Below, in pieces: positions 10,925-21,429 of a stretch of DNA of 36,056 nt (the first letter of the stretch is position 1; the number at the start of each line of letters is the position of its first letter). Both the position numbers and the translations under genes were made by a program. The stretch spans positions 56,610,750 through 56,646,805 of the forward strand of contig NC_068996.1 in NCBI RefSeq assembly GCF_001194135.2. Direction: 5' to 3'. The notes under the pieces are model-generated. The model was not told the origin of the DNA. It ran no database searches and was given only the letters and a program-made list of their open reading frames with translations. The stretch is from Octopus bimaculoides (lineage: Eukaryota).

Positions 10925-11100
10925 TAGGGCTGTGAGGCGGCAAACTCGTTAGAGCATCGGAAAAAATGTTACATTGCATTGTTCTAGATCTTTACGTCCT
11001 CAGTTCAAATTCTGCCGAAATCAAAGTTGCCTTTCATCCCTCCGGATACAATAAAATAAAGTACCAATGAAGTACTGTGGTCGATGTAAAGGACTAAATA
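10925..11100 (+). mobile_element. SINE family B, old diverged copy
   Basis: ctcgttagagcatcgg...ctcagttcaaattctgccg...ttgcctttcatccc...ataaaataaagtacca...ggtcgatgtaa, homologous to 8033-8233. Confidence 0.7.
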
Positions 11101-11204
11101 TCCTTCGTGCATAAATAGAAAATCATTATAACGCAAAAAAACCTCCCAAATTCGCCATATCAACAACGATGGATTGGGAGGGATTTTAGCCGCAATCTAT
11201 ATTA

Positions 11205-11340
11205 GAGTAACAGACTCGTTAAAGCGTCGGAAAAATGCCTAGTAGTATTTTTCCTGCTCTTTATATTCTGAGTTCAAATGCTGTTGAGTTCAACTCTGCC
11301 TTTCAACTACCTGGGAGTCGATAAAATAAAGTACCTGTCT
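11205..11340 (+). mobile_element. SINE family B, diverged partial copy
   Basis: ctcgttaaagcgtcgg...ttctgagttcaaatgc...gcctttca...gtcgataaaataaagtacc. Confidence 0.7.
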
Positions 11341-11719
11341 TGGTCTAAAAACTGCTGGTCTTACGCCTACTATAGGTGTTATAGGGTTGCTTTTTCTAAA
11401 GGCCGGGTAAGACTTGTTCCTGAATTGTCTGAGTCTGCTTCCTTGGTTCCTATCAATCGAAACATATCCAAAGGCATAATCAGGCATCCACAGAAACGTA
11501 TTATGCTATCAGAATGTATCTAAGACAACATATTGTACCTTATGTTTTGTGGTTTGAGGAGATATAGCTACTATTGCTAGCAAATCAAGTGGCACAAAAG
11601 AAACACCTCACTTTTTTTCTGATATTCTCTGGCGCTGCTTTGCTTTATAAATCAAAGATTTTAAAAATACTTATTTGGGACTGGAAAAAACTTCAGCGAA
11701 GAATTAAACGAATCGTTGT

Positions 11720-11872
11720 AACTGTTGTTATTATTATTTTTGGTGTTATTGTTTTTGTTGTTGTTATTATTTTTGCTTTTCTTCCCACTCATTCCCTCTT
11801 CCTTTTTGTCCTCCTCCTCCTCCTCCTTCTTCCTTGTTCTTCTTGGCAGCAACAGCGGCGGCGGCGGCGACG
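11720..11872. repeat. Mixed trinucleotide low-complexity tract (TTG/TTA, CCT, CGG)
   Basis: Direct inspection. Confidence 0.85.
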
Positions 11873-12235
11873 GCTCGTATTCTTCGAATTGCTGGTTGAA
11901 GTTAAACAAAACCAAGAGACATTTCAAGGATGTCTTGTTTGAAAGGATGCTAGATTAAACTTTGGAAAGTTATCATATCATTAGAGTAGCATTGAAACCG
12001 TTTCGGTAGATAAGGGTAGAGGGAGAAATGTAGCAAGAATCCGGGTGGAAGAGATGGCACATCCAAGAACTGAAATCTTGCAGAAGATGAGAGATGATAG
12101 AGATTCAAGAAGTATGATGGGAAGATAATGTTATTGTAAGACAATCCATCCTCACCCACCCCCGCCTCGTCTAATTCATAGTAGCAGAGAGAATAAGCAC
12201 ATTAAACAGATGGCGGATCATGCGCGAAATTAACG

Positions 12236-12465
12236 ATGACAATGGATGATGATGACGATGATGACGATGACGAGGATGATGATGATGACGATGATGATGA
12301 TGATCATCATCATCATCATCATCATCATCATAATAATAATCATCATCATCGTCGTCGTGATGGTGGTGGTGGTGGTGGTGATGATGATGATGACAACGAC
12401 GACAATGATGAAGAGGAGTATGGTAGAGATGACGACGATGTTGTTGGTGACGACGGTCTTGTTGG

Positions 12466-12519
<54 letters not shown>

Positions 12520-12560
12520 CGACGACGACGACGACGATGGTGATGATGATGATGATGACG
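12236..12560. repeat. Long compound trinucleotide repeat (GAT/GAC/CAT/GGT)n
   Basis: Blocks of GAT, CAT, AAT, CGT, GGT and GAC in one phase-related array. Confidence 0.95.
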
Positions 12561-13139
12561 ACATAGAAATAATAGCTAACTCATCCAAAAACCGAGCTCT
12601 GCAATCTTAAAAATAAGAACACGTTGTACAATATTGTCATATATATATATATATATATACCTACCCCTACAAAGATGGATTGGTCGCGGTTAGAGTAACT
12701 TTCGTAATCGGTCAGTTCTATTAGATTTCTCCAGGACGAAACAACAACAAACAAGAAACAACAGCAAGAATTTCTAGTCTCTACAAATTTTATTATTTAT
12801 TTTCATTCTAAAAATAAACGTCGGAAATTAATTATTTTGGACACGGAATGAATTAAATTTACAAGAAATTCTGCCGTAAGTTATGTTTTGTACACCTTTA
12901 TGGCGCTTCCCATTCGCTCCTAATTCGCCACTCTCCACTAAAACCCTTCCAGTGACTTGCTTTCATTTCGAAAATAAGGCTATGAAAATTCATGTGATTG
13001 TTGATTATTAGTGCTATCGAGAATTGCGAGCTTTAAGATGTCTATATTGTTTTAGTTTCTGGTGTGGTAGAAGTGGATAAAAATATATCGGTACTGACTG
13101 AAATATATTTTTTCTTTTGATACAAAACTCTCCCATATT

Positions 13140-13300
13140 GATAAGGTCTCAAATATGAAGGGAATAAAACAGATTATATTAAACCTAGTGTTTAATTTAA
13201 TAATTCATTTTATCGATCTAGAAAGGACGAAATGCAAATGTAACCTCGGTGAGATTTGAACTAACAACGTAAAAGTATTTTGTCCGACACCCTATAATAT
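13140..13300 (-). mobile_element. SINE family B, diverged, minus strand
   Basis: ttttatcgatctagaaaggacgaaatgcaaatgtaacctcggtgagatttgaact is the reverse complement of the family B core. Confidence 0.65.
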
Positions 13301-13561
13301 TGACTATAATATCCTAACAAACTACTCCGATATTAAAAGATACCAGATTCTTTGTAGCATGTTGTAAAAGCAATTTATTTAATACAGCAACAGTAATGTT
13401 ATACAATATGCATAGAAAAGTAGCAATCATACATTTTTATCTAATAGCAATATTAGATTCATAAATAACTTATAACTGAATGGTTTTGAAGTTAAATATT
13501 TGCTAATCTACAAAATAAATAGAATTAGATACTACCATTTTTGTAATTTTATTTTTCTTAC

Positions 13562-13635
13562 TTCTTTAGTTCAGTGGAATCGGGGCAGTGCCCATACAGT
13601 TTGTAGACCCGCTCAACCTGGTAAGCTTCCTTGCA
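13562..13635. other. Candidate short coding exon, strand ambiguous (minus 13635-13562 or plus 13570-13620)
   Basis: GC-rich unique island in AT-rich DNA. Minus strand: tttttcatatcag|TGCAAG...AAAGAA|gtaaga encodes CKEAYQVERVYKLYGHCPDSTELK. Plus strand: tttttcttacttctttag|TTCAGT...AACCTG|gtaagc encodes FSGIGAVPIQFVDPLNL or QWNRGSAHTVCRPAQP. No family recognised. Confidence 0.35.
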
Positions 13636-14542
13636 CTGATATGAAAAATTACAAGAAGTGAGTTCCAGAAAGTTGTCTTTCACGGACATGTGGTGTGAGA
13701 CAGAGAAAGAGATACTGATGTGTAGGAGATACATAACAGATTCAAGACCAACGATCAAAACTTGAGTTTTCGTGTTCGTTTTCTTTGTTCTCTGAATGTG
13801 CGCTTAAAAATTATTTGTTCAATCAGTCGAATTCGGCTAAGGTGAAGTGAAACAGAGTTAAGTCTAGATAATCCCATTCAGTTTTAATTCCAGTGACACA
13901 GTTCGGCTTTAACACAGATATATATTCGTGATACCCGTAAAGAAAAAGGTCCTTCTGTAAGGTCCTTCTGTAACTTCAAAACTGTTTCCTTCTGTCGGCT
14001 CCAAAGCAATTTCGCCGAGACTTAGTTCTTCACCAGATGTAACATGTCAATTCATATCAATGCATCCATAAAACATCTACTAGTAAATATTCAAATGTTA
14101 CCGGTGCATTCAGTGCCTTCTTAAAGCAAGAAAAAAACATAGATCAGTTCCCCGATGGTTGCACGGGTCTGGTGAGGAAGGGAGAACAATGTTGATCTGT
14201 GTATGCTGTGGTTGCACTACTTTCTTGTCAAGAAGAACAGAAACCACAATGGAAGTGGTAAATGAGGCAGACAAGAAAAAGAAAGAGAAAGAGAGAGTGC
14301 AAAGGAGCCGATGCAGTTTTGTCGTAGGGTATTGGTGAAAAATGGATAGATCTGTAATTTGGATGGCTTGTGGGGGCAGGGGTTTAAACGAGAATGTTTA
14401 TGAGTATATATAGACGTTGTGTCTTAAGGCATTGTCTACCCGTGGGCGTAGCAGAAGAACACGGTATACATTGTGGCATGTTACTAGTTACATGCTATAG
14501 TTGTAATTTGTGTATTTTTTCCTGCATTATACACAAGCTTTG

Positions 14543-14700
14543 GCGTGGCTATGTGGTAAGAACTTTCTTTCCTACCTACATGGTTCTGGGCTCAGTCCCA
14601 TTACATGGCACCTCGGGCAAATGTCTTCTACGAGAGCCTCGTGCTGATCAAAGCCTTGTGAACGGATTTGGAAGATGGAATGTAAAAGAAACCTGTCGTG
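14543..14700 (+). mobile_element. SINE family A, 5' half
   Basis: ggcgtggctatgtggtaagaac...ggttctgggctcagtccca...aaagccttgtgaacggatttgg, ending in (TG)n. Confidence 0.8.
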
Positions 14701-14702
14701 TA

Positions 14703-14762
<60 letters not shown>

Positions 14763-14778
14763 TGTGACAATTATTCGG

Positions 14779-14853
14779 TTGTCATAATATAACTCCGAGT
14801 TTCGGATGTCGAGGAGGAAATCTGCTCCGGAATCTCGTCAGTTATTAAGACAA
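14779..14853 (-). ncRNA. Type I hammerhead ribozyme motif with extended stem I
   Basis: Minus strand: ttgtcttaataa-CTGACGA-gattccGGAGcagatttcCTCCtcgacatcc-GAAA-CTCGGAG-TT-atattatgacaa. Stem I pairs 10 of 12; stem III is ACUC-G-GAGU; the putative site is GUU. Stem II is irregular. Confidence 0.6.
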
Positions 14854-15033
14854 AACAAAAATGCTATGAAAATGACTGTTAAAGAAAGGGAAATTATTAT
14901 GTAAATGACCGTTATTAAGAGAAACAAAAGAGCTATTAGNNNNNNNNNNNNNNNNNNNNNNNNNNNNNNNNNNNNNNNNNNNNNNNNNNNNNNNNNNNNN
15001 NNNNNNNNNNNNNNNNNNNNNNNNNNNNNNNNA

Positions 15034-15073
<40 letters not shown>

Positions 15074-15129
15074 ATAAAGCTGATACAACCATAACAAAGT
15101 ATAAACAAGAAGAAAGGAATGTATGAGCA

Positions 15130-16470
15130 AATCAAGGGTTGACCGCCAGGAAGACTTTGGCAATGTCCTGTTCACGTAGATCCTGAAAATATTGGTGAAG
15201 GATAAGGTAGAACCATAACAAGTAGATACAGTAATACGACAAGACTAAAAGACAATTATGCAGATACCGACAATAAAAAAGCAATTATTTTTTTTTAATA
15301 ATCTCAGAGACAAGAGGAATATACCAAGGAGACTCCCTCAGTCCATTCCTCTTCTGCTTAATCAACCAGACTGGAGTCAAATACAAAAGCTTTGGAAAGA
15401 TAATAAACCATCGCTTCTGTATGGAAACCTCACGTTGTACGCTGCAGATGCTAAACAGCAATACACGCTGTTACAGACAATACAGGGATTTACAAGACGA
15501 ACGGAGAGGAAATTCAGGTTTCGGAAAATGCATCAAAGCAACCTTCAAGAGAGGAAAGTTAAAGATATTTTTTATGACGCTGGAAGAAAAAACAAAGAGA
15601 TTACACCAAACGTAGACTTGTAAATATTGTGAAACGCGTCAGAAAGAGAAGAAAAGAGGTAAGGAAATTGTTTTAAGTTGATATTTAAAAGATCTAAACG
15701 CAAATATATGAAGTTGTGACTATCAAAACTGTTGCATTACCGCATCTGAAAATAATCTTGAATAGACGGTAAATGAACTATCAGGAAAAGAAAGAAAGAC
15801 AAGAAGAATTATGGCCGCACTTAGAATATACAATCAAAACTTTGACACAGAAATATTATATTTGTCACGGTGAGGTAAGCATCTCGAAAGGTAAAATATT
15901 ATCATTAAATATATAGTACATAATTACAAAGATTTAAATGAGAAATGACAACAAATAAGTTTTGTTGTGTCGAGAGGGTCATCATGCCAACAAAAATTAA
16001 GATAAACACATGCGCTAGTACAATACTAATTTTTTTCTTTTACTAAATAACTACAACCAATTGATTGTTCAATCCGCACATTAAACAGAGCATTGGCTAG
16101 TTTGTCGGTGAAATAAAGAAATGATATTGAACCAGTACGGTGTTTATTTTAACTTTTATCGGCAAAGTGACTCCCCGTATACACAATAAAGTTACTTTCA
16201 ACACAAATTCATATCAAGAATCTTGCAAACCGAATACAAAAACGAAGAAAAACAAACAAGTTATTTTCTGCCTTCATGAAAGCCAACAATGCAAAACAGA
16301 GACTCATGAGGAAAACTGTTTTGAAGCGAAAGGAAAAGCCAAAAACAGAAGTTGTTAAAAATTTAAAAACTAAAGCCGGAGTTTAGGCTACACAATATCA
16401 TGCTAAAATATTGGCAAGAAAAGACCCTACATGAAAAGACTGGACAAAGTAGAAAGGGGTAAAAAAAAAT
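15130..16470 (+). mobile_element. R4/Dong-like (RLE-class) non-LTR retrotransposon fragment, RT and post-RT region, heavily decayed
   Basis: RGIYQGDSLSPFLFCL from 15313; LLYGNLTLYA (decayed LLYMDDLKLYA); FGKCIKATFKRGK; YLSR*G (cf. LYLPRKEGGRG); YWQEKTLHEK (cf. WxEKPLHG). Confidence 0.8.
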
Positions 16471-16657
16471 AATTCAGCACTGGCTGAGAAACTGAGACAA
16501 AGGTATTATTGATTTCGGCAGAAGACCAAAACTTGCCCAACCCGTCAGGAACTACCAGTGGTGTTTAATGGAATAAGAAATTGTAAAACATTTAGAGTTT
16601 GAGAAGAAACGTTTAACAACATTGGTTTTAGATTCCTAGTTTCATCAAAAGAGGCAT

Positions 16658-16661
16658 ACAC

Positions 16662-16697
<36 letters not shown>

Positions 16698-16830
16698 ACA
16701 CACACATACACACACACATACACACACACTCATGCAAGCATGCATGCACGCGTACATATATATATGTGTGTGGGTATGTTTGTATATGCATGTACGTATA
16801 TGTTTATATATATATATAAATCCATGTATG

Positions 16831-16894
<64 letters not shown>

Positions 16895-16930
16895 TACGTG
16901 CGCATATACATACATACACATACGCGCGCC
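16658..16930. repeat. Compound (CA)/(TA)/(TATG) microsatellite
   Basis: Direct inspection. Confidence 0.9.
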
Positions 16931-17040
16931 ATAGATATACACATTCGTCTGGCCGTACCAAACTCGCCGCATGCAGCCACCTTTCAATAAACTTCCAAGA
17001 TGGCTGGATTTCCCTCTTCACCTTTACTTTCTTCTTTAAG

Positions 17041-17152
17041 TGGCACCTGAAGACGTCGATGGCAGTGCGATGGAAGGGCAACCGGCACCGTCGTAAAATC
17101 TTTCGAATGCGTCCACCAAACTGCCACTCTCAACATCACTATGGTTACAGAG
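17041..17152 (+). other. Candidate exon (GC-rich unique island between microsatellites)
   Basis: Pyrimidine tract ...ctttactttcttctttaag| and donor GAG|gtaaac. One frame is open throughout; another reads VAPEDVDGSAMEGQPAPS*. No family recognised. Confidence 0.3.
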
Positions 17153-17169
17153 GTAAACTGCTTGCCAAA

Positions 17170-17400
17170 ACAGTATACACACATACACACATACACACAC
17201 ACTCATACTCAAACACACACACCCAAACATATATACATTTATACATACACACACACACATATATATATTATATGTATATATATACACATATATATATATA
17301 TATATACATACATATAAATACATATATATATACGCATGTATGTATGTATATATGTATGTATAGACACACGCACACATACAAACATACATATATATATACA
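17170..17400. repeat. Compound (CA)/(TA) microsatellite
   Basis: Direct inspection. Confidence 0.9.
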
Positions 17401-17951
17401 CAGGGCTTATATTCAAGCTACTATGTTTTAAGCCTCTCAAAATAAAACGCTCGGACAAGCTTGTACAGCACGCCGTGTATTTCTAAGCAATCATTCAGAA
17501 TGTGAAAAACAATATGTATCTATGTTACTGTGCATGCGCGCGCACGCATGTGTGTCTGTGTCTGTGTGTACATACATACATATTTACATACATAGATACA
17601 AACATGTATACATGCATCTATACATACATACATACATACATACATGTATTTCGCTTAGGCAATGCGAGATCAATAACCCGATGTAGAACTCAATATACGT
17701 ATGTTTCAGGACGAATTTTTCGCTGAGTATAGATCGATATTAAGACAGATGACAAAGGAATTAATATTTATCTTATGAACTTCATTAGCTTACAGCTGTT
17801 TCTGCTATACAATGAAGTGGACTCCTAGTTGAGTGCCTGAGTAACACATTATAGCTTCATTGGAGCCTTGAATATGAAGTGCAATTTATTTGGGAAAGAA
17901 TTACATTTGTGCATATATAAGGAACAGCGTCAACAAGAGAAGTCGATACAA

Positions 17952-18087
<136 letters not shown>

Positions 18088-18356
18088 ACCGTTCGAATTG
18101 AGTTCATGTAAAAGGCTTAAGAAAAAGGTATCAAAGAAGGACCAAACGACTATAGTCTTGTCTGAAATGTGTCAATCGATACAGACAGGAAGATCACGCA
18201 TAAACGCCGGAATACTGTTGACAAGAAAACCCAGGTCAGAAATTGCCATCTGATGGTTGCACCGATCTCAATAGACGATACTGTCCATATAAGAAATAGG
18301 AAAATTATCCACATGTACTTTTGTGAATTTGATACGAAATCGTGTGTTGAAACAAA

Positions 18357-18484
18357 TGTTGTTATATTTCGGGACGGTCATTTTTTTCTTGCCAAATAAA
18401 CACACGCACTGTATATTTGTTCTTCACTCTTTTATTGTTGTTTTTATTTTATCTCGTGTCTAAGATTTCCAGATAATGGACACG
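18357..18484. mobile_element. Internally deleted relative of the 1947-2371 fold-back element
   Basis: tgttgttatatttcgggacggtcatttt...ccaaataaacacacgcac...cttcactc matches the left arm, then jumps to aagatttccagataatggacacg, which matches the right arm downstream of the HHR core. Confidence 0.7.
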
Positions 18485-18599
18485 TCGTCGTCGTGATGAT
18501 TTCAAAGAAAGTAGATTAGAAAACACGAATCCATTTCTGAATCACTAAATCTTATTAAATTCTATATGCATATTAGAACGCTAAATGTGTTTATTATTA

Positions 18600-18720
18600 T
18601 TTGTTGTTGCCGTTGTTGCTTTTATTATGTGTCTTTTGTTGTTATGGTTGCTACTGTTCTCGCTGTTGTTGTTTCTCATGGCGGCGGCGGTGGTGGTGGT
18701 GGTGGTGGTGGTGGTAGCGT
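18600..18720. repeat. (TTG)/(GGT)n trinucleotide tract
   Basis: Direct inspection. Confidence 0.8.
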
Positions 18721-19058
18721 CGGTGATAGTGGGGAGGAGGTGCAGGATGGCGATGATTTTGTATTTTATTCTAAGTGTTGAAATGGTAAAACTGATTCCA
18801 CTTTAATGCTTGTTCTTCATTATCACCCCGATGATAATACCAGACTGCAATATTACTTTATAAGAACAACTCCCCGGCCTTATGTACAATAATATATTCG
18901 ATTAAACTTACTGAAGGAATAAAAAGTCTTCATTAAAGCCATTCAACCGGACAGACTTTCGCTTCAACAAACAAACGATGAAGCCTGTACGAATTCGTTC
19001 GTCGTGCAAGAATGTCCAGCTAAATCTTCCTCAGATGTCACCCTACATTCTTGAATAT

Positions 19059-19470
19059 GGCGTAGCTGTGTGGTAAGAAGCTTGCTTCTCAGCCACATGG
19101 TTCCGGGTTCATCTTCACTGTGTGGCAAATGCCTTCTGCTGTAGCCTCAGGCCAACTAAATCTTTGTGAGTGGATCTGGTAAACGGAAACTGAAAGAAGC
19201 CCGTCGTATATGTATGTGTGTGTATGCGTGTGTCTGTCTGTTTTTGTGTCTGTATTTGTTCCCCGCCACTGCTTGACAACCGGTATTGGTGTGTTTACGT
19301 CCCCGTAACTTGGCGTTTTGGCAAAAAAAACAAGACCGACAGAATAAGTACCACGCTTAAAAGTAAATCCTGGGCCCGATTCATTCGACTAAAAATGCTT
19401 CAAGGTGATGCTCAGCGTGGCTGCGGTCTTGTGACTGAAACAACTAGACAAAAAAAGAGAAAAGATACTG
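19059..19470 (+). mobile_element. SINE family A, essentially full length
   Basis: A-box-like ggcgtagctgtgtggtaag, B-box-like ggttccgggttcat, internal (TG) tract, conserved middle cttgacaaccggtattggtgtgtttacgtcccc, and A-rich tail. Confidence 0.88.
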
Positions 19471-20139
19471 AATGAAGAAATTCTGAAAATAAAATGGCAG
19501 AAGAGAAAAACGAGATGATGCTGATCGAATGTTTTGTTGTTTTCGGGGGTTTTTTTCATCGCATAAGATTATTTTTCTGAATAAGAGAGGACGATACCAG
19601 AGACAGACAGAAGTGACGACTTTAAACGGAACACAATCTAAACCTAAAAACAAAGATGGATGACTTTTTAAAGTTTGTTTTGCTATGACAAGGCACCAGG
19701 TTCCATTACACTGCGTGCCATCTGAGGTGGCCCAAGCCTTGTGAACGGTTAGAGAGAAAATGTTTGGAATCCCGTCAGATAAATTTTTACTTGTAATTAA
19801 ACGATTGGCCCTGTCTTACATTGATTCCCTTTAAAAATTTCGTGATAAATACGTGTGTCAGTAGAATATTCTACTATTTACACGATAATTTCGTTGGCCG
19901 CTGGATCACTCATTGTCAAAAGAAACGGGAGGAAGTAAGAGGTAGTTCTGATAGTGAGGTGCAAGACACAGTATTTCCCCGCAACTTCTACCCACAAATT
20001 GAAGGGGAGGCGAGCGTCCACCAAGTTCAGTGGACCACATTAACACTAAGACAGCAAACAGCAGTAGCAGATTCAGTGACATCACAGCTCAAGGATTTAT
20101 TTCCAATTATCAAGCTGAGTCCTTCACGATAAATGAGAC

Positions 20140-21170
20140 AATGCCAAAGATATCAATCAACAGCAGCAACAATAAGTCTGCGAGAACGGCCAAAGCCTAC
20201 TCCACCTCTACCACCGCTACTACTACAACAACAACAACAACAAAAATTGTGATAGAGGCAAAAAGCAACAAAAAAAAACGGTAGCATCGACAACTTAAAC
20301 GGCAACAATGTTTCCATTGCGAATAACAACGACGACGATGACAACAATACATTCGCAGCAAATGCTGCGAAAAGCACAGAGCTATTTAAAATGGACATAC
20401 TGTAGAAAGATGTATGCCTCGCTCAAGCAGCCAAACTGATAAGGCTGGAAAAAGCGGGTGCGGACATTACCATTTTCCCTCGAGGTGTTGACAGGGACAC
20501 AGAAAAAAAACCCCAGTTATTTATAAATGTCTTTCTATAAGAACAAAGCGCGGGAGACGGTTAGTCAGGCAGATATGGAAGGTACACCGAAAGAGATAAT
20601 GCCCGACATTCAGCATATCTCAAGGGCAAAATGTTTGCAGCCATTTCAGTGCTCTTCAAGTCTGAAACTCTGGCCGCAGAACACTCCGTGGTTGCCTGTC
20701 GGAGCAAAAACTAGGTGCACCACCCATCTTATCTAGGAAGGAAAACGGTTTGCATAAAGATTTCAGAAACTCCACCGGAAGTAAATTTATGGTGGGTTTT
20801 ATTGTGTATCGTTTTGGAAGGGAGTAATAGTTTCCTGGAATTGAAGCGAACCTACTGTGAAAATTAGTCTGGGATCAGTGTGGAAGTGCTAAAATCTATA
20901 AGGTCCTAGATTTCATTCGCTTTCCAGGAGGGAAAGGATTACGGTTGAGTGTAGAAAGCTACGGTGTCACTAGTGTGGGAAGACAGGCAGCTTGAGAGCT
21001 TTCTGCTCCTAACAGTTGACAGGGGACTACGGAACCCTCTAACTGCCAACACCAGATCCCCCAAAGCCTCAATAACCAAGCAACGATCAACAAGAAAAGC
21101 AGCTCCAGCGGCAACAACAGCATCCTCAATGACAGGAACAGTAACAAGTCACGACTGTTGAACCACCTGA
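20140..21170 (+). pseudogene. LINE ORF1 (gag-like) remnant with a CCHC zinc knuckle
   Basis: MPKISINSSNN...T/N/D-rich start; CH*CGKTGSLRAFC at 20965-21006 is a decayed CX2CX4HX4C; multiple stops and frameshifts. Confidence 0.7.
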
Positions 21171-21429
21171 TCTTAAGCGGCACCCGGTGAGTAAGTAGAC
21201 GTCCTTTGTTTCTTTTTCAATCTTTTTCCTGTCATTATGGCAAGTTTAAGAGTAGATTGTATAAATGTTCGTGGCCTGAGGTCGCCCCAGAAGCAAGGTC
21301 TTCTGTTCAACGACCTCAAGTCATTAGTTATGGGTGTGCGACCGTCAGCGAAACCAGGATTTCCGACGCACGCAGTCTAGTCACCATTTTCCACGATTTA
21401 TAGAGCTATCCATTTCTTAGTCGGCCTAG

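Noticed and set aside
11574-11958. 122-aa hydrophobic, membrane-protein-like ORF and its overlapping ORFs
   Set aside because: Hydrophobic and poly-Arg runs come from (TTG)/(CCT)/(CGG) repeats, and there is no splice or domain support.
13946-13971. 13-bp direct duplication aaggtccttctgt x2 (and the 32-bp duplication at 35745-35796)
   Set aside because: These are ordinary local slippage duplications with no element between the copies.
17048-17090. CTGAAGA-cgtcg...cgatg-GAAG as a hammerhead
   Set aside because: GAAG replaces GAAA, there is no U-H cleavage site, and the flanks are direct (ggcacc) rather than complementary, so stem I cannot form.
17050-17152. TGA-interrupted frame MAGFPSS...GT*RRRWQCDG...MVTE as a selenoprotein or LDLa repeat
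   Set aside because: No SECIS element was identified, and the WQCDG similarity is not followed by the DCxDGSDE residues required for an LDLa module.
19059-19140. tRNA genes at A/B-box-like sequences (also 8033, 10925, 14543, 32970)
   Set aside because: No cloverleaf forms, and the boxes are followed by shared SINE bodies and tails, so these are tRNA-derived SINE heads.
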